Source of the DNA: Perkinsela sp. CCAP 1560/9
Lineage: Eukaryota; Protista; Euglenozoa: Kinetoplastea
Length of the DNA stretch: 64,000 bases
Assembly (NCBI GenBank): GCA_965644495.1
Contig: CBFFSA010000008.1
Span: 1-64,000 of the forward strand
Reading direction: 5' to 3'
Made by a program: the position numbers and the translations under genes. The notes beneath the pieces were generated by a model. The model did not search any database. It saw only the letters and a program-made list of their open reading frames with translations, and was not told the origin of the DNA. Shown here piece after piece: positions 34,009-44,474 of the stretch. Each line of letters begins with the position of its first letter. The stretch's first letter is position 1.

Positions 34009-35423
34009 GTGATACAAGGGGGTGTAAAAAATGTGAAAGACTCGAATGGAAGATCAATTGCTTGTGGAAATTTGTACCAGGGAACATTGAGCCTGGAATG
34101 CAGGAGTGTGGCTCGGAAAAATCTTTTGAGTCTGTTGATGGGTGTAAGCAGGATTACTCCCGAGGTACGCGTGGCATTGGACGCGATGTCCGGAATGTGG
34201 AGCTCGTCGACGTGGGAGACACGAGCAAGGTTGTGGGAAAGGTTCCTGGTATATTGCACCGGGAATCATATAAGACAGACACCCCTTCACGCAGTGACGT
34301 TCGTGCAACTTCTGCCAGTGTCAATACAAACCAAGGTGTAATAGTTCACGTTTTGAAATTTAGCCGAGGGGCGGCTATATATTTGCCTGCTGGCCCTTCG
34401 GGGCACATAATTTTCTCAAATTATGATGTAGTATTCTCTAATTGCATGGAGGGGGGTGTTTACTCGTTTGTTATATTCTTGTTAGGTTGTTATTTTGTTA
34501 CGTTTAAAGTTTTGTGCCCACCCACCGAGCCCCCAGCCATTTGGCCGAGGGTTCCGGTGGGGGGGAACCCCGTTAACAGAGTGACATTGATTGTGTTGTT
34601 TTATGCAGGCTTGTTTCTTTTCCATCTTTGTGCGTGTGAAATGAATGAATGATATGTTGTGTCATTTTGAATTACGATTGAGCTATTCATAGTTGTTCAT
34701 TTATTCATATATGTTATCAGTGTATATGTTTCCAGGGAGCCCCTCGGCGTGGATTTCTCCTACGGAAGGGGGCTAATGACCTTATTCAACCTGATCGGAT
34801 TAAATACTGTCCCAATAAAATTCTTTTGCAAAGCTCTTCAGGCACAAGGAGCAGAGGAGCCAGTACATCAGATGCAGCCGTTGACACCATTCCTACTGAA
34901 CAAGATACGAAGAAGGTGCGCCCAATCCGAAAGTCAAACATTGCTGATGTGCTGGAAGGCAGCATCCCGTTGGTCCGAAACCGCCAATTTGACCAAGGAC
35001 AAATTCGTGGAAATATCACCGCAAAAGGTTGTAATTGCTTGGGGAAGGGGGACAAAGGCTACAAGGTGCAACCCGTGGCGCGAATCGATGTACACAGTCA
35101 TCCAGGGCCAGGGCACAATCGAATTGGCTCAATACGTACGTACGCTCAGGTCATGGGATCGAATGTGCCGGACAAATGTGAGAGAGATGGACAGGAACAT
35201 AAAGAGGGTTCTGGGAGAGGGTTTCGGCACACATTCCGCCAAGAGAGGAGCGGTAACGCAATTATTCCAGGAAGTTGTCAAGGGGACAGTGGGAATCGAA
35301 GATGTGAAAAAATTAGCGAAGCACCAGCAGATCGAGTCCCTGTTGCGTTACAATTCAAACCCAGTTACCACCGCGCTAGCTCTAGGAACGGGGAAGGCGA
35401 CAGCCAAACTGAGGACGCTTTAG
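34009..35423 (+). pseudogene. Tyrosine recombinase of YR3, interrupted at 34339-34757
   Basis: Rejoins as QTKV|SYGRG; ASRWSE, HSAKRG, AKH, LLRY. Confidence 0.85.
34339..34757 (+). mobile_element. Solo A-B mini-element of YR3 (SIRE-like)
   Basis: 34339-34511 matches 32846-33017; 34541-34757 matches 37589-37805; no TSD. Confidence 0.9.
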
Positions 35424-37072
35424 CAATGAAGGAGTTATTTCGAGAATATTTGCGGGACATGCCGCAGGAAAAGCATCGATACACGATTGTACGTACCAGA
35501 CGTACGACAAAATTGGCCACGGAGGAAGATTTAAAGCTACCACTGCACGTAAAGAAAATTCCCAAAATGGATGTCAATGAAATTGAGAACATGATGAATG
35601 GAAGTACAAGAAACCGGTTTAGAGAAACGTTGAATACTTTGTTGGATCGGAGGAAGAAACCCGATAGTGAGCCAAAGGTAAATCCACGATTGAACATGGA
35701 AGATATTAGTCATTTGCTAGACGCACGTATTGTTTCGCGTGTTTCCCCTGAGGAGGAGAACAAAAGACCATCCAATCAATGGGTGATACCGTTCACAGTA
35801 GTTGAGCCTGCGGACGATAAAGGGGAAACGGAGAGGCGGCGCTTCATAGCCTGGACGAAGGAGGATAATGAGCGAATTAAGAACGAGTACATGCCGCACG
35901 TCCCGTTAAAACACGCGGCTTATTATCTCCATCGAGCGCAGGAAGCTTTTGGTGTGAAGCGTGACCTGACATGTGGATTTTATCAAGTACCGATTCCGGT
36001 AGCAAGTAGAACAAAATTTCGATTTCGCGCAGTAAACGGTGAGTTGTTTGAACTTAATGTGATGCCAATGGGGCACCGGTGCGCCCCGGAACTGATGCAC
36101 ACCATTACATCCACAATCGCAGGAGATCCGGAGTATTGCAGAGCCGAGACGGCGTATACAGAACAGTTTAAGGTCGATGTATATGTGGATGGATTGAGAA
36201 GTGCAGGTTCACTAGACCAAGTTCAGCAGTATACGGAATTTGTGGAAACTCGCGCGGAGAAAGTTAACGCCACGTTTAAGGATAAAGAAAAGGAGCCCAT
36301 GAAGCAGTATGTTTTTAATGGCGTGGAATACAGCCATACCGAAGGTAAGGTAAGAATGGGACCGAGGATCGTGAAAAAGATGCAAGGCGATACTTTTCGG
36401 AATGCAACGTACGGAAAACTAGAATCAGCTGTGGGTAGATTAGTCCATGCATCAGCAGTACTGGGAGAACCCGTTGCCAATTACCACTTCACCTTAAAAT
36501 TAGTGCGGCGCCGTATAAATGCGTTAAACAATGATCCGACATTATTGGATGTGAAGGTTCATCTTCCCCCCAATGTAACCATGGACTTGACGCGATGGAA
36601 GAAAAAGTTGATTTCAAACATATTCGTGGCGCCGCCGCCTCATCCCGACACTGTACCACATAGCCACGTTTTGTATACGGACGCTTCGTCAAAAGGTTGG
36701 GGAGGAATAATATATTTGGACCACGGTTCCGTGATATGTGTGGGAGGTCGCTGGGAAGATGATTTCGATTATGAAGTCAATCGAGCGGAGACGAGGGCCG
36801 TTCGTCTCGCGTTCGAGAAATTGTCGCACCATTTTCAACGAGGTACCTGCGTAGACCTATTTATTGATAATACATCATGCTTAGCTTCCATATGCAAAAA
36901 ATCGACCAAATCGGATGGAATAAATATCGAATTGATAGGTTTACTTAAGTTTTTAAAGAGACAGGGTATAATAGTACAGCCGCATTACATTCCGTCAAAA
37001 CTGAACCCTGCGGATCCAATAAGCCGAGGAGGATGGGATTGCGACAATGTGGCGAAAGGGGTGAAAGATTGA
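34826..37072 (+). CDS. RT-RNase H of YR3
   Basis: DLTCGFYQVP, MPMG, YVDG, YTDAS, DNT, NPAD. Confidence 0.88.
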   Translation: MQSSSGTRSRGASTSDAAVDTIPTEQDTKKVRPIRKSNIADVLEGSIPLVRNRQFDQGQIRGNITAKGCNCLGKGDKGYKVQPVARIDVHSHPGPGHNRIGSIRTYAQVMGSNVPDKCERDGQEHKEGSGRGFRHTFRQERSGNAIIPGSCQGDSGNRRCEKISEAPADRVPVALQFKPSYHRASSRNGEGDSQTEDALAMKELFREYLRDMPQEKHRYTIVRTRRTTKLATEEDLKLPLHVKKIPKMDVNEIENMMNGSTRNRFRETLNTLLDRRKKPDSEPKVNPRLNMEDISHLLDARIVSRVSPEEENKRPSNQWVIPFTVVEPADDKGETERRRFIAWTKEDNERIKNEYMPHVPLKHAAYYLHRAQEAFGVKRDLTCGFYQVPIPVASRTKFRFRAVNGELFELNVMPMGHRCAPELMHTITSTIAGDPEYCRAETAYTEQFKVDVYVDGLRSAGSLDQVQQYTEFVETRAEKVNATFKDKEKEPMKQYVFNGVEYSHTEGKVRMGPRIVKKMQGDTFRNATYGKLESAVGRLVHASAVLGEPVANYHFTLKLVRRRINALNNDPTLLDVKVHLPPNVTMDLTRWKKKLISNIFVAPPPHPDTVPHSHVLYTDASSKGWGGIIYLDHGSVICVGGRWEDDFDYEVNRAETRAVRLAFEKLSHHFQRGTCVDLFIDNTSCLASICKKSTKSDGINIELIGLLKFLKRQGIIVQPHYIPSKLNPADPISRGGWDCDNVAKGVKD

Positions 37073-37931
37073 CTGGCGAAAGGGTGGTCCCCGCGTGGAC
37101 ACCCGTTCGAGAAAGGGAGGGAAGGGAGTTCTCTCCAGGAAAAAGTTCATGAGGTATATAAAATAGATTTGATACTTACTTCGCGAAGTTGATATTACAG
37201 TACTGGTGAAGATAATGTCTTTTACTCTGTTGTCCATGATGGATGTTATATTTCGGTAGCTCTGTAGTTCTACAGATTAAACATTACAGTTTACATACGC
37301 TTACTATATCTGATTGACTATATGTTTTTCTTCCGGAAGTGCAATTCTAAAAGTTTACGAAAAGAATTGTACAATGGAAATTTTGATTTCTGAGAATTAT
37401 ATTTACGTTAGTTGGCCGACGGGCATTGTACGTTTGTTATTCATAAACTAGTTTATATAGTGACACAAAGCATTATACAGTGAACTGGTAATAGAGCGCG
37501 TTTTTATCCTTTGAAACTTTTTGCCCCACCCACCAACCCCCAAACCACTCCCCGCGTGGACACCCACTATCCCATACCGCCAAGCAGGTTGGCCGAGGGT
37601 TCCGGTGGGGGGGAACCCCGTTAACAGAGTGACATTGATTGTGTTGTTTTATGCAGGCTTGTTTCTTTTCCATCTTTGTGCGTGTGAAATGAATGAATGA
37701 TATGTTGTGTCATTTTGAATTACGATTGAGCTATTCATAGTTGTTCATTTATTCATATATGTTATCAGTGTATATGTTTCCAGGGAGCCCCTCGGCGTGG
37801 ATTTCCTGTCGGAAGCCCCATTCGATCACACATTCTGTACCCTTGCCCCACTTGGAAACGATGTTGTACACTTGGTCGGGCGATTTGTTGCCGGCGATTT
37901 GTTGTTTTTTTTTTACTTTTACTTAATAGGA

Positions 37932-40900
37932 ATGTTCACGCGTAGCAGAGCCAAAGAGACGGGAGTAGCTCCTGTCGTTGAGCCCTTGCCGGCGAATCGT
38001 AGAAAGAAGAAATCCATTGGACAACCGGCGCCACCGCTAGCGCCACCGCCTGCGCCATCACCTGCGCCACCGCCCACGACACCTCCCCCGTCACCGCCGG
38101 CACAACCATCATTCACTGCTCCGCCGTGCGCCACGTCACCCCCTCTTCCCGCTTCGATGGTTACTACGCCGCTTCCTCCGCGCGTTGCGACGTCTCCCAA
38201 TGCACTTCCGCCGCCTCTTCCGCCACCGCCTGCGCCATCGCCCGCGCCATCACCTGCGCCACCGCCCGCGCCACCTCCCCCGTCACCGCCGGCACAACCA
38301 TCTTTCACTGCTCCGCCGTGCGCTACGTCATCCCCTCTTCCCGCTGCGATGGATACTGCATCGTTTCCTCCGCGCATTGCGACGTCTCCCAATGCACCTC
38401 CACCGCCTCTTCCGTTGCTACTTTCACCGCCATCTTCGCCGATACACAGCCAGGCGTCATCTCCACAGTCTCTCGAAACTCCCTCAATGACACGCCCAAG
38501 CATGCACACGTCGGCTAGGCGAGCCCAAACGAGAGCGCTCAATTACCGACGTAGCAGCAACTTAACTGTTGGGGTTACATCGGCAGAGTCTGGGGTTACG
38601 TCGACGACGGATACCACAGCGCTTAGCGTACCGACGGTACCCAGAACAAGGAAAATCCGATTTGCTACCTCGACGAACGGAAAAACTACGAAAGAAGCCG
38701 TAACTACGACAGCAAACGAATCAACAAACGAATCAGAGTGGGGGAATCGTTTGAAGCAAACTTGCGCAGTAGCGGCTTCTGCTCTTGTAACGGCGACCAA
38801 CGCCATGTCCGGAGCGATGTTTAACTATGAAAAATCCCATTACCAGAAGAACGCCACGTATATACCGATACCTTCCAAGGGAGTGTCATTCAACGGCGAA
38901 GGATATGTACACGACGTGCGGGCATTCGACATATTTGCAGACAATCCGTTGCAAGATGACGCGTTCCCATCAGTTAGCAGCGGGACCACACAGCCGCTCG
39001 CACCAAGCCCGCAGACTACACCCGGAAATTCTCGTGGGGAGGTTACAGCGGGAACTTTTAGCAATGCAACCTTGCTCTCAGACACCCCGAACGGTGGAAA
39101 CGTGAGGAATTTGGAAGCATGTACCGTGGAAAGGAACGACGCTAGAATCGTGCCGGGATCTCTTCCATCCCCGGTTCCCATCGCATCCGAGTTCCTGGAC
39201 TGCGAATCGCCAATACATATACTTTCCGACTCTGGAGACAACGCAAATACCAACCTTGTCGAAGATCCAGTACATCAGTTTTTCAGTGAAACGCCAGACT
39301 TTCCAAGAGTCGCGTCACAATTCCGTCATATCGACCCCAAGGTTCATTTTCCTATCCCTCCAGACGAGCTGTACGACGCAACCCTTCACGCAAAAGTGGG
39401 AGACCGATGCATTTTGGCTTGGAGCTTTGATTGTTCGCCAAGCCTCAACATATCACAAGGAATCGTTAAAGCGTCGCAGAAAAGAAAGCACTTGAACAAA
39501 TGGACCATGGAGTATGTGGGGATTGTGGGACACAAGATCGGAACAACCTTCACTGGTCATATTCCCCCGCAAGCAAACGTTCGCGTCTTTAAGATCGTGT
39601 GGGAAAATAACACACATCAGGAAAGTGATCCTGGAAGTATAAAAAGCTGCCGGTCTGAAGAAAGAATTAACCGGGCGCTTCGCGTTAATTATCAACACAC
39701 AGAAAACGACCTAGATCTTGAGCCCATGCCTACTCTGCGATCAGTTGCACCGGAATTCATTCCTTGCGTAGTTGCAATTTACCGAGACATCGTTCGAGAT
39801 TACGCAGAATCCCCATACCCACAAAGGAACCGCATATGGCATCGAACGTTATCAGCCATGAAATATTCTCTTGCCACAATTCGGAAGGCAACGGCGAAAC
39901 GACGTCGACGTCGCCCGCGCGATTTTTCGTCATTGCAAGACGGCGAATCTCAAAACGGACACACCTCCACCGCCAACGGACCACGTCTTATAGATGACAA
40001 ACGGGCCATCAAGAAAGCAACTAGTCTGGCATTAGACGGGTGTGTTTCCAAAGCGTCCCGAGTTATTAACCAGGAAATTACACCACGAACACTCAGCGAC
40101 TCGGAAACCATTGAAAAACTTCGTGCTTTGCATCCAGATCTCCCCACCACATTTCGCCTCCCGCAAGATGCTCCGATGACAGCGTGTATTACGCCTGTCG
40201 AGCTTCGGGAGGCCGGAAGACGCATGGCCAAAGGGGCGGCGCCAGGACCAACAGGCACAACGGATTCAATTTTGCGCATCCTGTTAGACGACGAGGTGTG
40301 CTCGTTAAGTTTGTGTCACATGATTACCGACCTGATTAATGGATCACTGTCTGAAGAAGTAATGAAACGCGTGAAGAGAGCGCGACTTGTAGCGATTCCC
40401 AAACCTGGAAACGGAATTCGTCCAATCGCTGTGGGGGAGGTCTGGTTGAAGCTTGCCGAAATCGTCCTTCTGCAGCGGCACGAGAAACAGCTTGTCCCGC
40501 TCTTTGCGCCTTATCAGTTTGGTGTTATGATAAAGTCTGGCTGCGAGCATGTCGTGCATAAGCTTAACGAGAAATACACAGAGGGATGCGCCATTCTGGC
40601 TATTGATCTCAGAAACGCCTTCAATTCACCAGCCAGGGATGAAATTGCAAGAGCCGTGTTCGGATTCCACGGTCTCCGCCCCTTTCAGCGTCTCTTTAAT
40701 GCCGAATACTCCAGTCCATCAGAACTTCTTTATTACGGGAGCAACGGCAATCTTGGAGCCACCTTGAAAAGTTCAGCCGGGGTGAGGCAGGGGTCGCCGT
40801 TGTCCACGATTATGTTCTGCGCGTTTATGCAACCAATTTTAGAGATCGTTGCTTCAGAATTCCCGGCACTTCGCTTATACGCCTACATCGACGACATCAG

Positions 40901-42158
40901 CTTCGCATCAAAGGACTCAGAACTAATTGCCAACGCTTACAACCGTCTTCGAGTTTTATTGACTGCTAAGCTAGTGGAATTATCCCCAACAAAATGCGTC
41001 TGGTTTGAAGGCATCGAAAGAATCCCCATTCCGCACGTCTTGCAGGAGGCGGGAGTTTTATCCGAAAGCCGGGCTACCAAAATTTTGGGGGCCTTCGTCG
41101 GAGAGAAAGAAAGCGTTAGCGAAAAATTAGTCCAAAAAGTTGTGAAGCATCAAGCAGCTTTCCGGCGCCTACAGCACATGGGGGCCAGCAACGTCTCTAT
41201 CGTTTTACTATCGCACTGCGTGAATATGCGTCACAGGTACGACATACGCGTGCATCATCCTGATGCGTCTTTGGAACTCAGTCGGCAGTTTGATTCCCAG
41301 GTGGCAAACACGCTATGTTCATGGTTCGGGAACCTCAACGAAGACCAAATATCATGGATGAGGCTACCACTGAAGAAAGGAGGACTCGGGCTCACCCCAA
41401 CTGAACCGATTCGCGAGGCAGCGTTCTTCAAATCCAAACGAGCAGCTATGGAGCGACCAATTCATCTTTCAGCTCCCGCTACTCTAATGGATTTGCCAGC
41501 GCTGAACTCGCTCTCCAGCCAACGACCTCTCACTGATGAAGCGGTTACGGAAGAAGTCCACCACAATGCAGTGCGCGAGTCTTTGATGAAAGACAAGGGT
41601 CAGGCTGATATCATTCGTGTGGCCAGTGCGAAAGGGAATTACAATTGGCTCACCGCTTGCACCAAATTCATTCCTTCGCGACTTTTCACGTTGGCGATAA
41701 TGCCCCGTTTCGGAATAGAGCATCCGTTGCTACCATCGAAGGTACAATGTCCTGGGTGCCACGTTCTCCTCACCTCCAGCAGCGCAATTGCTCACGTGTC
41801 CGGATGCGTTAAATGCTCTGGGATTAACGCTACCACAAAACACAACAGAATGGTGCGTCAACTCTATGCGCTATGTATTAAGGCCGGCATTCCCTGCGAG
41901 CTCGAACCTAGACAATTCGCGACATACACCTGCGGAAAGTGCGGTACCACTGTTGACGGTGAAAATAAAGCGTCACACCAAAGGACTTGCGGATCTGGTT
42001 CATTCCACCATTCCGGGCCAGATTTAGTCATCCATTGGGCAGACGGGGACATCTTTTATGATTTTACCGTCATACACGAGCTTTCACAATCCAACATCAA
42101 ACGCAGCGGCGCAATTCTCATGCGAGACGCTATCAAGCGTAAGATTAACCGGTACGTC
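37932..42158 (+). CDS. CRE family 1 polyprotein, open but cut near the C-terminus by the family 3 element
   Basis: MFTRSRAK start, Pro-rich region, YIDD, CPGC, SGPDL..YDF. Confidence 0.9.
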
Positions 42159-44386
42159 GTTTCTGTACCTTGTTGGTTTTTTTTATAACAATTTAATCAC
42201 TATGACACGCCCTGCTCGGGGAACCGCCAACACACCGAAGAGCATGAGTGTGAAGTCTGGTCGTGTAACTGTAAAAATACGGACGCAAGACGCGAGCAGC
42301 AAAGAAAAGATTGTAAAAAGCGATGCAGTAATTAAGAATTCTTCCACGGAAAAGCCGAAGAAAACACCACGCATCCGAGTCATTGGAGCCGAACCTTTAT
42401 CGAAGAACTGGGTCGATCACGGAACACCCACCATTACCCCGGTAAAGAACATCATCAAAATTACTCCGCAAAAATTTAAAATGGTCTCGAACCAAGAAAA
42501 CTCTGGAAACGCACGCGAAATCAACACACAATTTTCGTTTCCAACAGCTGAAAACGGGCAAGAGAGTGACATCGAAAGTGAGCGTGATCAAATGACGCTA
42601 GACAGTGATTCCGACGCTGATCAGGGAGAAATGGCGATGCGAAACAACAGCACAAAAGCAGCAGATCAAGTTCACAACACCGTAGCGAAATGGGGGAAAG
42701 GCACTGAATGCGTAATAGAATGGGGGTTTCGGCAGAATTCAGAGAGCTACAAGTCGAAAGGGACTGTTGTTGGACGAACCGCGCGAAAAGGCAATGTTAA
42801 AATTAAAGTATCCTACGTACCAGCCTTAGGAAACCAAGGACCCAGCGGCGTCTTATACCTTCCATAGTCGGACAAAATCAAAATCTACAGTCTTCGGGCG
42901 ACGAAACTTCTTCAAGTGGAGACGGCGATCCAGAACCTGGAGGAGGAATCAGAAAATGTCTCGTCTGACGACAGTGGCTGCGATCTCGACCCCCTCCCGG
43001 ACCTTCCCAACATCGAGCCATCCTTCGCGGTGCATGTGGTAGCAATCTTCCGTGCGATTATCCGAGGCTATGCCACTGTTGAACTTGATTCTGAGAAAGC
43101 AGCGATCTGGCACAAATTTATGAATGCGCCGCGAGACTCACTTGCTACAGTGCGGGATGCAATTAGAAGAACCCAAAGAGTGGGACACGTGCGAAAGGAA
43201 CGTAACGAGCTATCAGATGGCATAAATCTAAGTGCAGAACAACGAGCCGAACTAGAAATCGACAGGCGCGCGATCCGAAACGCGTTGCGAACAGCCAAAG
43301 CAGGGAATCTGGGGAAAGCCACTCGAATTCTAGATAACATTTACAAGGACTCCACTCTTTCGGCCGAAGAAAAATTTCAGAAACTACGAGAATTGCATCC
43401 TGTTGGACCCCCTATCCAAATACCGGAAGCTGACTTCCCACGCATCGGAGTTGTTGAAAGTTCGGAACTTCGTCTGGCAGTTGAGAAATTGGCTCGTGGA
43501 GCTTCCCCCGGACCAAGCGGGCTAAGTGAGAGTATGATGCGGTTGCTTGTAGACGATGATGTATCATGCCTTTCACTGTGCCACATGATTCGAGATGTAA
43601 TCAACGGAGAAGTTCCACTAAGCGTCCGGAAGCGCCTTACTCGCTGCAGAATCATCGCCCTACCAAAGCCGCAGAACGGGATACGGCCAGTTGCCATGGG
43701 AGACACTATTTTGAAAATCTGTGGATCTATTCTACTGCAGCGACATGAAACCACCTTGAAGACATTCTTTGCGCCAATTCAACGAGGAGTCCTACACAAA
43801 AATGCCTGCGAATCCATCGTCCACGAACTGCTTCAAGAATACGAGGACGGACATGCGTTGCTTACGGTAGATTTCAGCAATGCGTATAATACCCCGCGAC
43901 GCGATGCCATTGCACAAACACTGGTAAGCAATCCCATATTCAAACCTTTCCTGCGCCTGTTCTACTTTGAGTATGGGCTACCTTCGGAGCTCCTCTTCTT
44001 CGCGCATAATGCCCTCTACGCTGTCTTGGAAAGTTCTTCCGGAATCCGCCAAGGTTCAGCTCTATCCTCCATGTACTTCTGTGCCCTTCTACAAAGCCCA
44101 ATACGAGAAGTAGCCAGCCTATATCCCGACGTAACGATCAGGGCATACCAGGATGACGTGACCCTAAGCTCGAAAAACGTGTTGTCACTTGAGGCAGCGT
44201 TCTTGCACTTGCGCGAACTTACCAGTGATCTTAACCTGCATGTCAAGTTTCAGAAATGTGAATGGTTCCAAAAGAATACTACATTTGATGACGAACTATT
44301 GTCTCTGAACCGCTTAGGCGTTAACTCCCGGAATGATGCGCTTAAAATATTGGGAGCGTACATAGGAGCAAATGAGGTGTTAAAAA

Positions 44387-44474
44387 TTGTAAATTTTATT
44401 AAGCTTGTAAATTTTATTAAGCTTGTAAATTTTATTAAGCTTGTAAATTTTATTAAGCTTGTAAATTTTATTAA
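44387..44474 (+). repeat. 18-bp array (TTGTAAATTTTATTAAGC)x4.9
   Basis: Read directly. Confidence 0.97.

Larger units (their letters stand above)
32846..37805 (+). mobile_element. YR retrotransposon YR3, both ends defined (TAATAG...GATTTC), no TSD
   Basis: Removal restores the host frame exactly; gag, YR and RT/RNH present. Confidence 0.9.
32577..37877 (-). pseudogene. CRE family 3 fragment split by YR3
   Basis: Rejoins as KWGKGTECVIEWGFRQ|NITNYKSNG, homologous to 42690-42770. Confidence 0.8.
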
